From Cycas panzhihuaensis (lineage: Eukaryota; Plantae; Cycadophyta), in assembly GCA_023213395.1 (NCBI GenBank), contig CM041465.1, forward strand, positions 69,385,741-69,449,740: a stretch of DNA of 64,000 bases. Reading direction: 5' to 3'. The stretch's first letter is position 1. Each line of letters begins with the position of its first letter. The position numbers were made by a program, and so were the translations under genes. The notes under the pieces were generated by a model. That model was not told the DNA's origin. It did not search any database and saw only the letters and a list, made by a program, of their open reading frames with translations. Positions 39,501 to 52,237 of the stretch are shown here, piece by piece.

Positions 39501-42500
39501 TGGGAAGATGACCATACTTCAAATGCCACATTTTATCATTATGACTCACTGTAGTACAAGCTTTTACATCGGGCAAAACAAGATGTGATAGCAGCCTATA
39601 CAGGTCATTGCTTTCAACCCCTTTTGCAATTACATGGCCATGGTTTTTCATGTCAAGGATATGACAGAATCCTTTCTCATCAAAAATAGTTTATAACCCC
39701 TTCTTCCTAAGTTTGGAGACAAACAATAGGTTCATTTTTAGACCCGGCACTAAGAGTACATTTCCAATTTTTTTGACATCATCCTATATCTTGATAGGTA
39801 CGATTCCAACGCCTTTAATATCAAGGGAATGCTTGTTCCCTAATTCAACAGATTTATCTGAGAAGTACGGTTGTATGGTTTCAAACCATTCTTCTCGGCT
39901 GGTCATGTGACGTGATGCTCCCGAGTCGATTGACCACACGTCCTCATCCTATAGACTTGCTGCAAGTGCAACGAAGAAAGTTGTCTCCTCTTCTTCATCA
40001 CCATCAATTTGTTCTTTGTTGTAGTTCCCCATTGGACGTTTCCATCTCTAGATGTTAGCTCTCCGGAGTGGGCATTGGTATGGGTAATGTCCTGATTTGC
40101 CACAATAATAACACAAGTCAAATTCTCTACAAGAGCTGGCAAAATGGCTTGTCTTACCACAATTGTAACATACTTTGGGTGTAGGGGTTCGTCCTCGACC
40201 TCTGCTATCTTGCCATTTGACATGAGATGGAGCCCTTACTTTCGAAAGTCATCATCTTCCCCTGCTTTTCCCTCTTGGCCCAAGATTTAGCCTGGATATG
40301 AAAGCATCTTCTAACCCTTCAGAGTCTTTGTATCTTTTATTTCTTTGTTCCTATCTGAGCAACAAAATTGTTAAAGTGTCCAAGGTCATTATTGCACCAT
40401 GGTCATTATTTGTTATAGTATTTATGGTCACATCGAAGGATTTTGGCAATTTGCTGGTTACCATTTCAACCAATTCTGAATCGCTCATGGGTGCACCAAC
40501 ACTTAACAAATCATTTCTCAAGGAAATTACCTTATGAATGAATCCAATTACAGTTTATGACTCCTTCATATGAAGTTTGATTAATTCTTCCTTCAAGGTG
40601 ATTATTGTAGCTTTATTTTTTTGACCATATAGGTTCTTGAAGCACTTCCAAATGGCTGTAGTAGAGTTTAGATTTTCTACATAGATAAGAAGGGGATAAG
40701 ATATTGAAAGCTTTAGAATGATGACTCATGTACTATCTCGCTCTTCCTAATCTGTTTGAGTTGTTCTTGCTTCACTAGGCTTTGTTTCTTTTTCAGTAGC
40801 AATTCTCTAGGCATTTTTGGCCGTCAAAAGGGTCTCTACTTTTATCTTTCACACATGATAATTAGTGGTTATGAGTTTATCTCCATCAAAGAATGCTAAT
40901 ATAGAAGAGGTCATTCTGAAAACAATAAACTATTCTAACAAACACTAGGCCATACGACTATACAGAAATTTGTACGGTACTCAACTTGTACAGATGAAAA
41001 CGAAGTGTACCTTAAATTGAAGGTCTCGATAAGGGGAACTCAGACCTATGGTTATTTTTCTAAAACAATCCTTGATTTGAGAGAAAACATGCCTAAAAGG
41101 AAGGAAAATGACTAGGGTTTTTAGCACAAAAATACTCCAAACAAAGAAAATCTCCACAAAAAGTCTTTGAACTCTAGTCTAAATCAATTGAATATGCTTT
41201 GCAAAAGATTTGAGATAGATTTTGAGTGGAAAAATGAGAGATTTTCGAAAGAATTTGAGTACCTTCTCGTCAAACTCATGCACTTGAAAAAACTAGTAAA
41301 ACAACCCCAAAATAACTTCAGATGACTTCAATGCAGAAGAAAAACTATATTCTGGCAAAGTTTCGTTGCATTATGAGAACTTTGAAAAAATAGTTCGTAC
41401 AACAGTACGATTCTATACACCCAACCCGTACGACTTCTGCAGAAGCTGGTTCTGATCCTCCTCAGTTCTTTAACTTGATTCTTTGTTTTCTAGTTGCTTT
41501 CCGTGATCTTCCTTCCTCAATTCTTTAACTCGTTTATTTGTCTTTAGACCACTTTCCTCGATCTTCTTCTTCACTTCGTTAAACTTCCTTGTTTGTGACT
41601 GGCTGCTTCCTCTTGAAGATGAAAAACCTTGACTCAATAGCGCAGGAGAACTTGCTCTGATACCATGTTGGATTCACTCGAGAATAACAGAGAATATTGC
41701 TTCATGATTATTATTGAGGGTACTAGTGATTAAATATATTTAGGGTTTATAACTTCCCTTGAACTAATTTGTAATCAAAACATTATAAAATGACACGTGT
41801 CCTTCAATTACATAAAGATAGAATTTAATCCAAGACCCTAGATAAAACATTATATTCCAACACGGGTGATTACAATACTTTGGAGCATACCTTATATTGT
41901 CGTAAATATATACGACTGTGTAGCGACCTGCAATATGGAATCCACGCAATTGTGTCTATAATCTTTGTAAGTCGTGACAATTTACGAATACACCTATGGC
42001 TTCGTGATGGCACGTATTTGCCTCTAGCTGCATACTTTTCCATGACACACATGCTTTCTGTTATGCCTCAATGACTAATTGCAACACACACTGCGTCCTC
42101 TGTAAATGATATTTGGATTATGCCTTCAATCTAAGAACTCTTCCAATTTGGGCATCTCTCTGTTACACAGTAGCATATACTATTGTTATGATCTTTCACG
42201 ATCACAAGATGACAACTCAACAGAGGCTACAACATCAACTACAATGTTTTCCAGACAAGGCTATTCTGACGCTATCATTCCATTGGAAACACAATGATCT
42301 GGTGATCAACCTCTCCACCCACCAAGCGACTGGCTAAAATTCACCTCAGAGATCTCCCGCTATATCTCCTTCACCAATTCACTGTAAATTCAATGGCAAT
42401 CTCAAATAACAGATTTGACACCTTCAACAGATTCAAAATGGACAACAACGTTTGGCAACTGAGTAACCAAGTGCTACATAGCCGAAATAGGGGGCACCAA

Positions 42501-43074
42501 CACTTGCACAAATTAAAACAACCTCTTCTACTCATCTGCGCACTTCTGAAGACTATCAAATTCTTACAAAACAGAAAACAAAAGTCACCGGTATTTGCAC
42601 GCAATCATTGCATCTCCATGGTTGCTCTTTCGATTGTTAGATAAGTTGATCCTCAAAAGGTGAGCTAGTATTACCTGGCAACTAACGATCAAACGATCAA
42701 CCCAACATACGCCTAATTGTGCACCACCTGTTGCTCTAATACCATGTTACAAAACACCACATATGCAAACAGGATGCCAAGATCGTTTATGTACACAAAA
42801 GACTTGAATAGAACAAGCAACACAAGACAAGTAAATTTGACGTGGGAACCCTTTTGGAAAAAACTGATCATGGAATATATTATTACATTTTTGCAACTCT
42901 ACATGTACAATATAATGGACCTTGATCTATATTTACAGATCGTAAGTGCCTCAAATATTATAATTAAATTTACATCCTTTAGCCCATAATATTACGATAT
43001 TACATCAATAATATTCAGACAATATTTCACCACAATTATATTAATCGGTAAGTGGTTATAATACCACTCTAACA
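33509..43074 (-). mobile_element. Element E: non-autonomous Copia derivative with condensed, heavily decayed pol
   Basis: 330-bp LTRs 33509-33838 and 42745-43074, perfect TSD ATCAT, PBS (gctctaatacca 42733-42744 on +). Minus-strand remnants AKLDAQDFK*EEGIMYEETFALV..FFNGDL (34230-34400) and HHYIRELI..DQLKDMSTK (33985-34075). Confidence 0.9.
36684..41862 (-). mobile_element. Element F: full-length decayed Ty1/Copia related to C
   Basis: 197-bp LTRs 36684-36880 and 41666-41862 (~91%), perfect TSD CGGGT, PBS 41654-41665. gag-PR-INT-RT-RH fragments 36888-40914. Confidence 0.95.
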
Positions 43075-43801
43075 ATCATCAATGGTAAAACTATACTAGA
43101 ATTAGAGATAATTGCTTATATTTTGAGAAGTCTACCAATTGCTTATGAAAAATTCATAACCACATTGACACTGCCAGATAAACTATCCATTGTAACATTC
43201 AACTCCTTGGAATCTTTGTTGTTTGAGCATGAATATAAGTTAAATTGACTAAAGCAAGGAGTCTTCTAAAGTACTGGTAACCAAATTGAAGGGAAAGAAG
43301 CCATATATTCTTAAGAGGAACACTTCCTCTAAATGTAATGTTTTCATTGTGGAAAGTTGGGGCACATTAAGAAATACAATTGAGAATTGTAGCAACAATA
43401 GCAACAACCACAACAACTGCAACAATAGCATCCTACTGGCTAAAGAGAACACATTTCAAATGCAAAAAGGAATGCATCTACAAAGATAGAAAATAAGCTT
43501 TTCATTATTGCATTCCAAATGCATTTTGGTGCATACAATGTTTGGGATATTGATTCCGGTGCATTTAAAAACATGATTGGTCGATTGGAATGATTCAGAG
43601 AAATGTGGCAAGTCAACTAGAAAGTCACCATTGGAGATAATGATAATTTATAGGAAGTTGGAAAGATACCCATTATGACACCAAATGGGTAAAGACATTA
43701 TTTGGAGAATATACTTTATGTACCTAACTAGAAGGCCAACCTTGTATCTGTAGGAGAAATCAAACAATAAAATATGATTATAATGTTTACCCAAGAACAA
43801 T

Positions 43802-43863
43802 GTTGTAGCTGTAGGGATTAGAAATAATAACAAGGTTGTAGCTGTAGGGATTAGAAATAATAA
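43802..43863. repeat. 33-bp tandem duplication in D pol
   Basis: gttgtagctgtagggattagaaataataa occurs twice. Confidence 0.9.
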
Positions 43864-44322
43864 TTTGTATAAACTACAAGTGTGCTCTAATGTACAAAGA
43901 GCCTTCCTTATAGTTTCTCTAAAAGAAAAGCTCTTGAATGAAAGAATGGGATATTTGAACGACTTTGGTTTTTAGTTGATAAATAAGTTAAAAATTGTCC
44001 TTGTCCTTCTAAAAATTAATGCTAAGGATTGTTTGTGTGATACCTGCATTTTTAACAAACAACACAAAAAACCTTTTTCCAAGAAGAAAGCTTGAAGAGC
44101 TAGAGAGAAGTATGGCTTGATATACTTGAGTATCTATGAACCACTGCCTATTGTATCACTTGGAGAAGCAAAGTATTTTATCACTTTTCATTAACGACTT
44201 TTTACAAAATGTTTGGGTTTATCCTTTGAATGAGAAATCTCAAGCTTTCCGCTATTTCAAGCAATTTAATGAATGTGCAGAGAATAAAAGTGGTCACAAG
44301 ATCAAAAGCTTGTGAATTGATA

Positions 44323-47300
44323 TGTTGACTACCACTTGGCCCACTGGAGTCTAGAAGTCATCTGATAACGTAGCTACCATGTGCCTTCTTACTCCTTGAT
44401 GTCAACTACACTTCGATTATTTACAACATATATAACAACTTTACAACGTTCACCACATATGCAACATACTCAATCACACCATAAGCAACAAATTATCAAT
44501 CACATAGAATGCACAAAATTTTCTCATAACTTATATATTTCATTAATCAACATTGCATATGCTCAGAGAACATTACATCACTCTTAATGTCCTGCTCTCA
44601 CCCTTGAGAATATATCATATGACCTAGTCAACCAACTTTCACCCTTGAGAACATATCATAAGACTCAACCACTTAGTTCTCACCCTAGAGAGGATTCATG
44701 ATTAGACGACTTGGGTCTCACCCTTGAGATCATAAGACTCAATTACTTGGCTCTTACCTTAGAAAGAATGACTTGTCATCAAATGACCTGACTCTCACCA
44801 TTGAACCAATGGGAGACTGACCTATTTTTATGCTTTTATGCAACTAAAAACTTAAAAGGGTACAACTTTACAATCATATCGTTTGACTCTTCATAACATA
44901 AAACACTAATAAAAAACAAATAAGTGCCACTTTGTATTTCTGTATGGCCATAAGATATGTCTTATTGGTGTATTGGCATATAACCATTTCAAGAAGCATT
45001 CATTGTTTTAGAACCATCCTAGGTTGGTTCTTGCGTCTATTGGGAACCGTTCCCCAAGAGCAAATTTCTTGAGTTGTACTCATCACTTACGTTCCAAAAG
45101 CTTCCCAAAACTATTCCTTGATTGCATTTCCACTGTTTTCTTGCTAGATCATCTTCATAACCATTCATGGAAACATTCTTGACTATTCCCAAGTGTACTA
45201 GAACCAATTATATTACATAAATCTATTTGGGTGATCAAAAAATATTTTGTGCATCCTTGCTCAATGTCACAAAAAATATGTGCTACTATCTTATCAAAAA
45301 TTTTGTTTTTCAATGATGGGTCACCTTCTCCTACTTCTTTTCTCGAGCTACTCTTATAGCTCGCAAAGTTACATGTCCTCCTTTTGTGCGTCCTCCATTA
45401 TTTTCTCATTAATTTTTATCAAGTTTTCTAGAACGCTTCTTGGAATGATTTTGAAAAAGTTGATTTCATTCAAATTTCCATTTTCATTGTCTTGTTTAGC
45501 CTTTTGTAGGGCTTTATCCATTCTCATTATCTTGTTTAGGGATTTCATAAGACTTTATTGTCGATGTATATATTTCTTCAAAGGTTCTTCAGTGCTGTTA
45601 TGTAATTGATGTTATGTTTTTTTTTTTTGACTTTTTTAATATTTTTACTTTTTCATGTATTAGGATGGAATCGAACTCTTGATACTAGGACAAATTTAAT
45701 TATCCTTAATTTTGAGCAACGCGTTTATGGTACAACCAGTTTATTCTTCTAGAAAGTTCACTTTACCCTAACTGTGGTAGGGTTTAAACTTGTTGCCCTT
45801 AACCATTTCAGGTAGTAGTTGCCCTCCTTGCTCCCTCAATTGGACAACACCATTCTTACATAACTCTTCAATCACATACAAATTTTTCCAATGTATATTT
45901 AATTCTTTTTGATGCGTTTAGAATTTGTTGTCAAATTTCCATACTCAATCACCCTTTTTGAAATATGATGTCTTGACATGGCAACTGTGTTGTGGCATTT
46001 TTTGTCTTTTCCTTGCTGTCGTCTACTTTGTTAGCTTTTTCTTATTGTTCCTCGATTGATCTTGTCCTTTTCCATTATGGCTTATAGAATTGTGACTATT
46101 ATGCATTCTATTTCCTTTGTGATCTTTCCCATTATTAGAGCAAGTTTCCTCAAAGCTATCGTTAGCATCAAAATATTCATTTTTGCATTCTGCTTCATCC
46201 ATAGTAGTATAAAGATCCTCGCTACTAATTATGCTCAAATATTCATCATTGTGACCCTCATAACAATGTTCATTTGTGTGTTTACAACTATCTGTATCTT
46301 CAAACTCCATATTATGATTCATATCGGAGATAATTTTCATATTATAACAATTAGTATTTAGTGTATTTACTCCATATGATTTCTGCAATCAATTATTTAC
46401 ATAAGAGTTCTTTCACCACCTTTAGAGTTCAAACCTGGCTACAATTTCCATAACTCTTGGGCTCTTGTTCATGTGCGTTATTCATTACCATTGTTTCTTC
46501 TATAACCTTGTATGTTCCTTAAGAGTTTTGAGCTTGAAATACTCTAATTTTTAACGACTGGATAACTTGTAATAATGCAAGGGTTAACTTTAATTATTCT
46601 AATAGATTCTCTAATAGTCTTAACACTTGTGTAATGTCTTCCAAAGAAATGTTGAATAAATTAGTGACATTGATTTGTACGGTTTCGATTGCCTGTGGCT
46701 TCCTTACTTCAATGACCTCACTTTGTTTTAGGGATACCCTCCTTTTATACACTTGCTTTGCCTATAGTTTTGTAAGGTGGGGTGGTTCTTTCCCACTTCC
46801 TTGGCCACTTTCTCCAGCGCCTTCTTTATTCAGGCGAAGTAGTCAAGTTCCATCTTAGGTTTTGGATAATCTGACATATCCTTCTTAGGATTAGCTTCCA
46901 ATTCACCTCTAACCTGTAAAGACTTTTGAGTGTGTTGCGCACAATCGACATCAAGTTACTTGATCTCATGTTTAATGGGCAATTTTTGAAAGGGTGAATA
47001 CATGGCCCATAATTTTTGCATTTGTGGGTGCTATTGTCTCCTGTTTTTTCATAGGGCCAATCTGACCTCTAATGCTTAGACTCCAAATAAAACATACACC
47101 TTCTTGCTGGGTTTTTCTTCTATTATTGGTTAGGTATTGTTTTAGTTGAGTATGGTGACCTTGCTTCTCCTTTGCCTCGACCATTGCCTCGAATGTTTCT
47201 CCCTTTGGGATTATGATAATAATCATTGGTTGTGTCTGTGTCTGTGTCACCCATGTGACACCATTTCTATTATTTCTTCACATTCTTTGGATTGTGAAAG

Positions 47301-49853
47301 CATTCCTTTATCGTGTAGGCATCCATATCATATGTGACACAACTTCTGCTCCTTCTTTGTATGTTTCATATTATCAAAACATTCTTTTATAGTATGATAG
47401 ACTTGACACCATTTTCACTCCTTTGTTGCCTTAGTTTTAGGGTTGAGGTAACATTCCTTAGTATTGTGAGTCTCCTTCTCCCAAATATGACACCATTTTT
47501 GTTCAAGACATTGAGTTGTTCTCCTTGTACTACTCAATTTATCTTCCACGGGCTCTTTCTTCTTCTCTTGTAATTTCAATCTTGCAATTTCTTCTTTTAA
47601 CTTCTCAATTTTTGATGTTTCTTCTTTCGTCATGGTTTTACGTGCCTTCTCTGCTCTTAATTCTTTAATTTCTTTATGTAACATCCTCAACACATTGTCA
47701 TGTGTGTCTAATTCCTTTAAATCTAATTCCTTTTCAAATCTAATTGCTAATTCCTTTGCTTTTGCAAATGATTTATTAGGATGTTGTTTCAATGCATTCT
47801 TTGATTGAGGTTGTAGGCAATTCACAAAGTAAATTTCTAATAGAAAATTGGGTAGCTTTTCCCCACTAGTAATATTTATTGCTATAATAGACATATGGCT
47901 TTAGTAGTTGACATAGAGCTTGAGTAGTCAAGTACTGATTCTCCTAGTCATTGCTTAAGATTTCCTAATGCCTACAAGATGACTTCGTTGCTCCATAATT
48001 TCTAGAATCTCTCCTAGAAAGCATCACAAATTTATTGCCAAGTTTTTGTAGCTACATCTAGTTCCTTGTACCATACTAATGGCACTTCCCTTAGTGTGCA
48101 TAAGAATCTCCCTTTGATATCCTTTTCATTAGTGATGTTTCTCACTTCAATCATGTTCTTAAATAGATATAGATGCTCTACTACATTTATAGTTCCATTT
48201 AATTTTAGATAGTTGAATGTCATTTGTCATGATAGCGAGGGGGCAACATTTTGGGAAGTGCCCCTTGTGTCAACACTCTTCCTCTTGTTGTGTTAACTTT
48301 GGGTGACAACCCTTCCTTTGGTGTTAACTCTTCCTCCTCTTAGAATAGTGGATTGCTCGTAGGGTCTTTCACTTGAATAATTCCTTCTACTCCTGGAATT
48401 TGAATTGCTAATGGCATTTTAACCACAAATGAACTCTAACTTAGTTTAGGTAATGCATTGAATAGTTTTCCAAATTTGTCCCCAGTCCTTCTTTTGGCTC
48501 TTCTTCATTGTTATTAATGCTCTTCGAGCTTTCCTCTAGATAAAATTCTTCACTTCTTATTAGACTCCCTTTTGGGTCAGATATGTTGGGTGTAGTTTCC
48601 TTTACTCTAGTGCCTCCTTCACACATGGTTGTTTGAGGTATTACTAATTCGCTCCCTTCTGATCTATTCATGGACTTCTCCTTTGTCCTTTCTCTTGGTA
48701 GTGTGCTATCTTATGCACCACCCTTAGTTTCCTTTCCCTTGCCTAATGTATTGTCCTCTAACTACTTGACTCTGGTGCTCCACTCCTTAAAGGCTACTTA
48801 GGTGGCATTACAAGGTCCCCTAACTAGCATGGTTAAGTTAAAAATTGCCATCATAGTGATAATTTGGGATCTTCTAGTCTTTGATTATACACTCTCACTT
48901 GACTTCAAGTACTTAGGCACCTTTTTATTCTAATGATTTAGTAACGAAACTAATGTCGACTATTGCTCAGCCCAACGATGTCCTAAAATCACTCAATAAT
49001 GTAGATGCCACGTCCTCTTGCTCCTTGATGCCAGTTACATTTAGGTTATTTGCAACATATGTAGAAACCTTACAACATTCACCACATATGCAATATACTT
49101 AATCACAATATAAGCAACCAATCATGAATCACATAGAATGCACAAGTTTTTCCTCGTAACTCATATTTTATTAATTAGCATTAAATATGCTCATAGAATA
49201 TTACATCACTTTCAATGTCTAGCTCTCACCTTTGAGAGTATATTATATGACTTAATCAATCAGCTCTCACCCTAGAGAGAATGACTCATGATCAAGTGAC
49301 TCAACTCTCAACCTTGAGAACATATCATACAACTCAATCACATGGCTCTCACCCTAGAGAGAATGACTCATATCATAAAGACTTAATCACTTGACTCTCA
49401 TATTAGAGAGAATGACTAATGATTAAATGATTCAACCCTCACCGTTGAACCAATAAGAGAATGACCTATTTATATGTTTTTACATGGCCAAAAATCTAAA
49501 AGGGTACAACTGTACAATCATCTTTTTTTGACTTCTCATAACACAAAACCCTAATTAATGATAAACAAGTGCTATTGCATATATTTGTGCAATCATATGA
49601 AATATTTTTTTGGAATCTCAACACATAGTTATTCTAAAAAGCATTTGTCATTCTAGAATTGTCCAACGTCTACAAAATTGTTCTGGCATTTGTTAAGAAC
49701 TGCTCCCCGAGAGCTAGTTTTTTGATTTGCAATTGCCCCTTGTGACTAGATTTCCATTGTTTTTATTGTTTCCTTGTTGGATCATCTTCACAATTATTCC
49801 TATAAACATCCTTGACTATTCCCAAGCATCTTGGGACAATCATATTGCATACA
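44323..49853 (-). mobile_element. Element G: non-autonomous Ty3/Gypsy (non-chromovirus, Athila/Tat-like) with gag and integrase tail only
   Basis: ~900-bp LTRs 44323-45221 and 48954-49853, perfect TSD TGATA. gag (48032-48223; WCHIWEKETHNTKEC knuckle in 47415-47894). INT C-terminus FKKGD*VWKF..HWKNLYVIEE..GVVQL..VKGNKFKPY (~45775-45965). No RT/RH seen. Confidence 0.88.
44590..44810. repeat. Degenerate tandem array (ctctcaccc(t)tgaga core) within the G LTR, also at ~49220-49450
   Basis: About six copies of the core in each LTR. Confidence 0.8.
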
Positions 49854-52199
49854 TGATAATGGTGGAGAACACACTTCAAATGAGTTCAATCAATTCAACA
49901 AGGATCATGGGATCAAGAGGTAATTTGCCATTGTCTATACACCTCAATAGAATATAGTAGTTGAACAAATAAATAGGACATTAGTCAAAAAAGTAAAATC
50001 CATGATGAATGGCAATGATGTTGTAGATTATTTATGGGTTAAAGCTATGAACACAACTATATATCTGACAGTAGAAGCACTACAAGGGTTGTTTGAGACA
50101 AAATGCTTGAGGAGGCTTGATTAGATAAGAAACCAATTATATGTTATTTGAGAGATTTTAGGCATGCAATGTACATGCATACCCCAAAGGAGAAATGACA
50201 CAAGTTGGATGACAAAAGCACTAAATGCAACCTTGTAAGATACTTTGAGGAGAGTATAGCATATAGGGTTTTTGAGTTGTTGAATAGGAGAGTCCACATA
50301 ACTTCAACGAGGGTGATAAGTCAGATTTGGGTTCAATCAATGTTGACAAATAATTTGAGGAGCTATTTGAATGCAACTCTTCATGGGATGTTGCCAAACC
50401 TAACGTTGAATCCTTTGTACCTAGTATTCATAAAGCAACAGAGTTTGAATCGTTTCAATTTTGGGAGCCTGAATTAGAGCCTTAGACTAAACTTGAAACA
50501 TCTCCCACACCTTTGCCTCCATTTTCATATAAGAAGTTAACTCAATGGAATTTGAAAACCATGGAGAATGCTAAAAAGTGGTTGCCTGAGATGGAAGGTA
50601 ATAAAAAATCCAAGATGCGACCTTCCAAGTAAGTGATCATTGCTCTCATGGAATAAGCGTTGAGTGTAGATGAACCTTTTACTATTGAGGAGGCAATTAA
50701 AGAGCAAAAGTGGAATGACACTGTGAATGCTAAAATCTAAGCAATGAGGAAGAACACACTTGGGATATAATGGAATTGCTTACTAGAAAACATACAATTG
50801 ATTGTAAATGGATCACAAAACCAAGTACGGATCAGATGGATCTGTAGAAAAATACAAAGCTAAACTTGTAACCAAAGGCTTTAAGCAATAAGAAGGAAGA
50901 TGCTCGCTTCAATTGCAAAAATAAGCACTATTTGACTCACTATAGCGATCATTGTTTAGTTCAAATCGCAATTTCATCATATGGATGTGAAGAGGGCATT
51001 CCTAAATGGAGGCTTAATAGAAGAGGTTTACATGGAGCAACTGCTTACCTTTGTGTAGAAAGGTTAGGAGCAATTGGTATGCCAATTCAAAAAGGCCTTG
51101 TATGGCTTGAAACAAGCTTCAAGAGCTTGGTATGAAAAAATTGATCAATACTAGAGATTTCTAGCTAACTCAAATCTATATATCAAGGTCTTAGTTGATA
51201 AAGTTATATTTGTGGTCTAAGGATGGTTTAGGTGTTAGAATTAATGATATAAACATTAAAGGAGAGTGTTAGAATTATTCAATGTTTATATAGGCTCACT
51301 ACATTAAGTTATGAACCTCCCTTGTTGTATTGTACTTTAGTTAATTTTTATTATTATTGTGTTAGAATGATGAGACATGGGGGTTGCTGAATCATTCAAC
51401 ATGTCACTTTAGATGCATGCAGGTTAGAGAAATAATAATGCTCTATCTTTTATAGTTCCTAAGGTAAAGTTGAGGGTAGTTCCTAAGGTGAAGGTGATGG
51501 TTATGTGTTCAACCCCTCTTTTATGTACTTGCAAGACTTGGCCAACATGCATTAGGCCTTCTATGAACATATGATGTATTTATATGAGAGATTTTCTCTC
51601 CTCATTAATGAATTGAATCATTATCCTTTTGAATCATTGATTGCTTTGACATGGTATCAGAGCAAGTTTGAAGGGGTTGGTGCTGAGATTGTCCAAACAC
51701 AAAATCTATCAAAGAAATTTTGGGGGACAATTGCTTGCAAAGATTCTCAAGGAGGAACTGACGTTGTGCAAACAAGGAGAATGATGGTACGATGTTGTAC
51801 GAAATAATGCAAAACTATACATAATTGTACGCAAATTTTTAAAGTGCTTAGATTCAAACGAAATTGGTGGAAAGGTTTGTCTCTTCAAATAGATCAATTT
51901 GTTCTAAAGGGTCAGATTCGAAGTGGATAAGTAAGAAAACAAGGATTTAAAATGGGTGCCCATCAAACCCTCATGTTGTAAATTTCTTTCTTTTCTCTCA
52001 GTCTAACGGATAAAACTATACTCAAAATTTTCACCTCATTAATATGGTTCTTTTGTCTCTAAGATTGAAGAATTTCGTTGGATATTTTGTAAGTTGGAAA
52101 CATTCTTTCTTTTCGAGGCCTTTTCTGAAGCGCTTAGGAGGAATTTTACAAAAATAACCACAAATCCTTAAAGCATTGGATATTAGCTCTCTTTTGAGA

Positions 52200-52202
<3 letters not shown>

Positions 52203-52236
<34 letters not shown>
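52203..52236. repeat. (CT)n microsatellite
   Basis: Seen directly. Confidence 0.95.
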
Positions 52237-52237
<1 letters not shown>

